Source: Somniosus microcephalus (taxonomy: Eukaryota). Taken from it: a DNA stretch of 64,000 nt. Below the pieces are notes generated by a model. The model had not been told where the DNA came from. It worked only from the letters and a program-made list of their open reading frames with translations, and searched no databases. Positions within the stretch are counted from its first letter, which is position 1, and each line of letters begins with the position of its first letter. The translations under genes were made by a program, and so were the position numbers. The DNA is taken from contig JBMRGM010000035.1 of assembly GCA_052327205.1 (NCBI GenBank), forward strand, positions 52,452,001-52,516,000, in the 5' to 3' direction. Positions 60,682 to 64,000 of this stretch are shown piece after piece.

Positions 60682-61799
60682 GAGGGGATCTCATGCAAAC
60701 CTACAAAATTCTGTCAGGCCTGGACAGACTAGATGCAGGAAGGATGTTTCTGATGGCCGGGGAGTCCAGAACTAGGGATCACCGTCTAAGGATAAGGGGT
60801 AAGCCATTTAGGACTGCAATGAGGAGGAATTTCTTCACCAAGGGAGTGGTGAACCTGTGGAATTCTCTGCCACAGAGGGCGGTGGAGGCCAGTTCATTAA
60901 ATATATTCAAGAAAGAGTTGGATATATTTCTTAAGGCTCAAGGGATATGGGGAGAAGGCAGGGACAGGGTACTAACTTTGCATGATCAGCCATGATCTCA
61001 TTGAATGGCGGAGCAGGCTCGAAGGGCCGAATGGGCTACTCCTGCTCCTATCTTCTATGTTTCTATGTGATGTACCCAGCTATCTCCTGCCACAGCCTTC
61101 TCGAAGTGTGCACTGATGGCTTCCTGCCACGCTGCAGGAACAGGACAGCCTGCCTCCTCTCCACTGCCACGACCAATGCCTCCAGAGCCGCATCGGAGGA
61201 CCTTGTGGCTCGTTCTCTTTGCTGCTGCTGAGACTTGTGGGCCAACTGCAATTCCAACCCCTACTTCAGTGACAATGAGGTGCTGCTGCATCAAAGCACC
61301 TCCACTCTAAGTAGTGGAGAAACACTAGGCCACACATTACAGGCCATTAGACTGCACAAGATATTAGCCCACCTGTTTAGCGCTGTGATCAGCACTACAA
61401 TCATGTAAATGAGCAGACAGCATGAATTGTGCATGCTGCCTGGGCCACTCTGAACGGGGGCAGCCAAATAGCACTGGGCCATGACACCGCCCGTTTTCGG
61501 GCCATATCCAATTTCTAGGCCTAGGTTTGATGGGTTAAAAGTCCTGTTGAGAACATAAGGACATAAGAATAAGGAGTAGGAGTAGGCCATACGGCCCTTC
61601 CAGCCGGCTCCGCCTATCAAAAATACCATGGCTGATCTTTGACCTCAACTCCACTTCCCCGCCTGATTCCCATAATGTTTGTGGACCAGCTGCATCATGC
61701 CAGCTGAGCTCAGGAGTTCAGACCTGGAGTTGGGCCCAAACACACAACCTTGTCTTCTGAAAGATAGAGAACTGCCAACTGGGTCCAGCTGCCAACTGA

Positions 61800-61900
61800 T
61801 CCACGTCACATAAAAAGGAAACGCCTTTTCCCAGGATATCTCCAGAGAACAGAGCCACTCCCCGTGTGTGTGACTATAAATGCAGCAAACTCGGAGTCCG
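61800..61900 (+). promoter_or_regulatory. TATA-box promoter of the defensin-like gene
   Basis: TATAAA at 61875-61880, 84 nt upstream of the ATG. Half-CRE ACGTCA and a STAT-like TTCCCAGGA upstream (weak evidence). Confidence 0.6.
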
Positions 61901-61958
61901 GATTCAGAACATTTCCACTCCAGCCGCCTTAATCTGACTCTGGAAAACATCACAGAAG

Positions 61959-62019
61959 ATGAAAGCTCTGCTCTTGCTTCTTGGATTCCTGGTGCTGACT
62001 CAGGCCAGCCTCACTGGAG
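61959..62019 (+). CDS. Beta-defensin-like gene exon 1, signal peptide MKALLLLLGFLVLTQASLTG
   Basis: Good Kozak context (AAGATG), classic signal peptide, 61-nt phase-1 exon. The expected donor reads G|GGGAGA (non-canonical). In-phase GT donors exist at 62029 and 62068. Confidence 0.72.
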
Positions 62020-62785
62020 GGGAGATCGGTGGAGGCGCCAATTGGAAGATATTAGGAGGAGGAAGAGGTAGATTTGGAGGAGTAGGAATAGGTTTTGGTT
62101 TCTAGGTTTCTCTGATCTCTCCGCAGTCAGTGTCCAGTCAGTTTTATGTTTTAAACTATTGTATTCTCTGTTTGAATGTCACAGTTTGATTAATTGAGTG
62201 AAGGTGATTGTAAGAAAGTCTGAAGAATTTAACCTGAACCAGTTCCACGGGTAAATCCCCCGATTATTCAGCGGGTACCTCAGTGGGTCAAGGGAATGGC
62301 GGGTGTTTGCTGATCCAAACAGACCAGCAATAAAAGCACAAATTACTGGCCGGTGCCGAGTGGGCGGATCTCAGCCGCAGCATTGACCCGGTTAGGAGAC
62401 TCTGTAATTGGCCTCAGTACCCAGGTACTGCGGAGGGGAAACTCCCAGTTGTTGCTTCCGATCACTGCTACCCGCTGCAAAGTGTGAGAGTGCGGACTCT
62501 GTGTGAGGACCGGAGCGGGAGATCCTTCAGTCCCTTTCCCCCACACTCACTGTCCAGTCTCACAGATGAAGAATGGTGAATTGGGAGCGATGCTGGAGGT
62601 GTGAGAGGAACCGGTCCCCAGACAAGAGTCAGCTTTTCATTACAGGAGGGTAGGGAATGGGATCAAAAAGGTTTCAAAACAGGTTTATTTAATTGGAATA
62701 ATTCTGCAGCCTTCATAGAGATCGGGATGTGAGAACACGGACTAAGTAGAGGAGGCAAGCGGTGAAATGATCAATTGCCAGTAGC

Positions 62786-63205
62786 TGGGTGTCAGTTTGG
62801 CTCAGTTGGGAGTTGAGTGAACAAGTTGTGGGTTGATGCCCCAGTCCAGTACATACAGCCCAGCACTGGGGGAGTGCTGCTCTGTTGGAGGTGTCATGTT
62901 GTGGATGAAACGTTAAACGGAGACCCTGTCTACCTGTTCATGGGGCAGGAAACATCTGGTGACATTATTTGAAGAGCTGGGAGTTCTCCCGGTGTCTTGG
63001 ACCGACATCACTCTCTCATCCAACATGAGCAGAGACTCCCCATCCTGTCCAATCTCATTTGCTGTTTGTGGGACTTTGCTATGAGCTAATTGGCTGCCAC
63101 ATTTCCTACAAAACAGTGTCGGCACTTCAGAAACAAGCCCTGGTCTGTGAAACTCTTTGGGCCCTTCTGGTGCCGGGAAAGGTTCTCCATCAATGTCAGA
63201 TCTTT
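62786..63205 (+). mobile_element. Deu-domain SINE (SacSINE1-like), decayed, in intron 1
   Basis: tRNA-like head TGGCTCAGTTGG, Deu core CGTTAAAC...GGAGTTCTCCCGGTGTC...TTGCTGTTTGTGGGA...AATTGGCTGCC. Confidence 0.75.
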
Positions 63206-63228
63206 CCTCTCTGTGTCTCTGGTCTCAG

Positions 63229-63290
63229 ATAGCGGGTGTGGTGGGCTCCTTTCTGAGGAAATCCCCTTGGGCTGCCCTTCAGGACAAAGA
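63229..63290 (+). CDS. Beta-defensin-like gene exon 2, propiece DSGCGGLLSEEIPLGCPSGQR
   Basis: Polypyrimidine tract plus CAG acceptor and a consensus GTGAGT donor. Phases 1 and 0 join exons 1 and 3 in frame. Confidence 0.7.
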
Positions 63291-63436
63291 GTGAGTCTGC
63301 ACAGGTCGGGGGAGAGGTGTGGAGTTTCATTAAGTATAAAAGAGTTAATGTTCATGTGTGGTCCAGAGTCAGTCTTAGTAACACTGACAGACTCAGCTTC
63401 ATGTTTTCTCATTGTTCTCCCTCCCTCTGTGTACAG

Positions 63437-63583
63437 AACCATCAATCAATTCATTCTTCATTTTGGATTTTAGTGCCCTGCACCTGGTATGGAGGAGCAT
63501 GTCGTGAGGGCGGCTGTAACAGAGACGAGATGCCTTTCCCAAAAAAGTGCCCTGATATGTTACAATGCTGCTTTCTGAAATGA
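63437..63583 (+). CDS. Beta-defensin-like gene exon 3, six-cysteine domain NHQSIHSSFWILVPCTWYGGACREGGCNRDEMPFPKKCPDMLQCCFLK
   Basis: Pyrimidine tract plus CAG acceptor. C-x6-C-x4-C-x10-C-x5-CC with G-x-C at C2 and Glu four residues after C3. Tandem TGA TGA stop. Confidence 0.82.
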   Translation, partial: NHQSIHSSFWILVPCTWYGGACREGGCNRDEMPFPKKCPDMLQCCFLK

Positions 63584-63738
63584 TGAAAGATCCAGTGACG
63601 GATTCCCACCAGCCCGAGCTCTCCACGTTCTCACTGAATGAAACCTTCCTTCACGGGAAGCAGGCTCTGTTTGATTGTTTAGGTCCCGTAACCCCTGACC
63701 CTGTATTACTGCTGTCAGAATAATGGGCTGTACTCAGA

Positions 63739-63744
63739 AATAAA
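63739..63744 (+). terminator. Polyadenylation signal of the defensin-like gene
   Basis: AATAAA about 155 nt after the stop, followed by a GT-rich tract (GTGTCTTGTTTGTC). Conserved at 27225 and 48407. Confidence 0.75.
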
Positions 63745-64000
63745 ACTTACTGCATTGATCACAGCTTCACATCCGTGTCTTGTTTGTCTTCAGGGTCAAT
63801 GTGTCCGAGGACAAGGTGTTCAGGGATGGGATGAGGCTAGGAGAAGATTTGGGAATCGCAGGAAATGGGAAGAGGAAACCGCTGCAGGGAATCTCTGCAA
63901 GTGCGAAATAACACATTCAGAAAGTTATTGAGATAAGACAGGTGTCCCAGAGTGTCGGCACTCTGACCGTTCAGGGTTCAGGATATCTCGGTTGAACGGA

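Larger units (their letters stand above)
58354..61066 (+). mobile_element. 5'-truncated CR1 LINE, TSD GTGATGTA
   Basis: RT ORFs 58432-59454 and a (TTCTATGT)n tail. GTGATGTA at 58346-58353 and 61067-61074. Confidence 0.9.
57170..61521 (-). mobile_element. PIF/Harbinger-like element, 5' part with TIR and Myb/SANT-like ORF, interrupted by CR1
   Basis: End GGCCTAGAAATTGG at 61521. RATRSSDAALEALVVAVERR...RRLWQEIA, then after the CR1, RTWIQCRKKFSDLTRQVK followed by a GT donor. Confidence 0.7.

Noticed and set aside
61063-61257. Host MSANTD/TSNARE1-like gene
   Set aside because: It is near a TIR, interrupted by CR1, partially duplicated and degenerate, which fits a Harbinger ORF remnant better.
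63474-63583. Alternative acceptor TTTTAG at 63473 for the defensin domain
   Set aside because: It is phase 1, so it cannot follow exon 2 (phase 0). It would fit only if exon 2 is skipped, which remains possible. The three-exon model was preferred because exon 2 has strong splice signals.
63580-63636. Box C/D snoRNA (ATGATGA...CTGA)
   Set aside because: The apparent C box is the tandem stop of the defensin exon and is absent from the two paralogous copies.
63793-63910. Extra coding exon after a TTCAG acceptor-like site (also at 27280 and 48462)
   Set aside because: It lies past the polyA signal, the upstream GT-rich tract fits a downstream polyA element, and the copies differ by frameshifting indels.

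Overview
Eukaryotic, very repeat-rich DNA. The repeat content (CR1 LINEs, an HE1/V-SINE, a Deu-domain SINE, Penelope-type ends, a 67-bp satellite) points to a cartilaginous fish, probably a shark. Nearly all long ORFs belong to mobile elements: an RTE-X-like LINE (1-4207), an internally deleted Gypsy element (6983-9691, TSD TAGGT), a near full-length CR1 (about 19194-23786), a decayed provirus on the minus strand (27855-37969), a full-length hAT transposon (38471-41071, 8-bp TSD), three solo LTRs, MITEs and Harbinger Myb/SANT remnants. The provirus has a tRNA-Ser PBS, YVDD RT, an env resembling Mononegavirales F proteins and an intact small transmembrane ORF, which fits a lokiretrovirus. The host signal, which the ORF track misses because of splicing, is a three-exon beta-defensin-like gene: TATA 61875, CDS exons 61959-62019, 63229-63290 and 63437-63583, AATAAA 63739. 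It encodes an 89-aa prepropeptide with C-x6-C-x4-C-x10-C-x5-CC. Two decayed paralogous terminal exons with the same 3'UTR lie at about 26.9-27.2 kb and 47.0-48.4 kb. They sit in a mosaic of local segmental duplications that also repeats a CpG-island promoter with a non-coding first exon (three copies) and an unexplained 300-bp module (five copies). Family assignments come from motif recognition only; no database searches were run.
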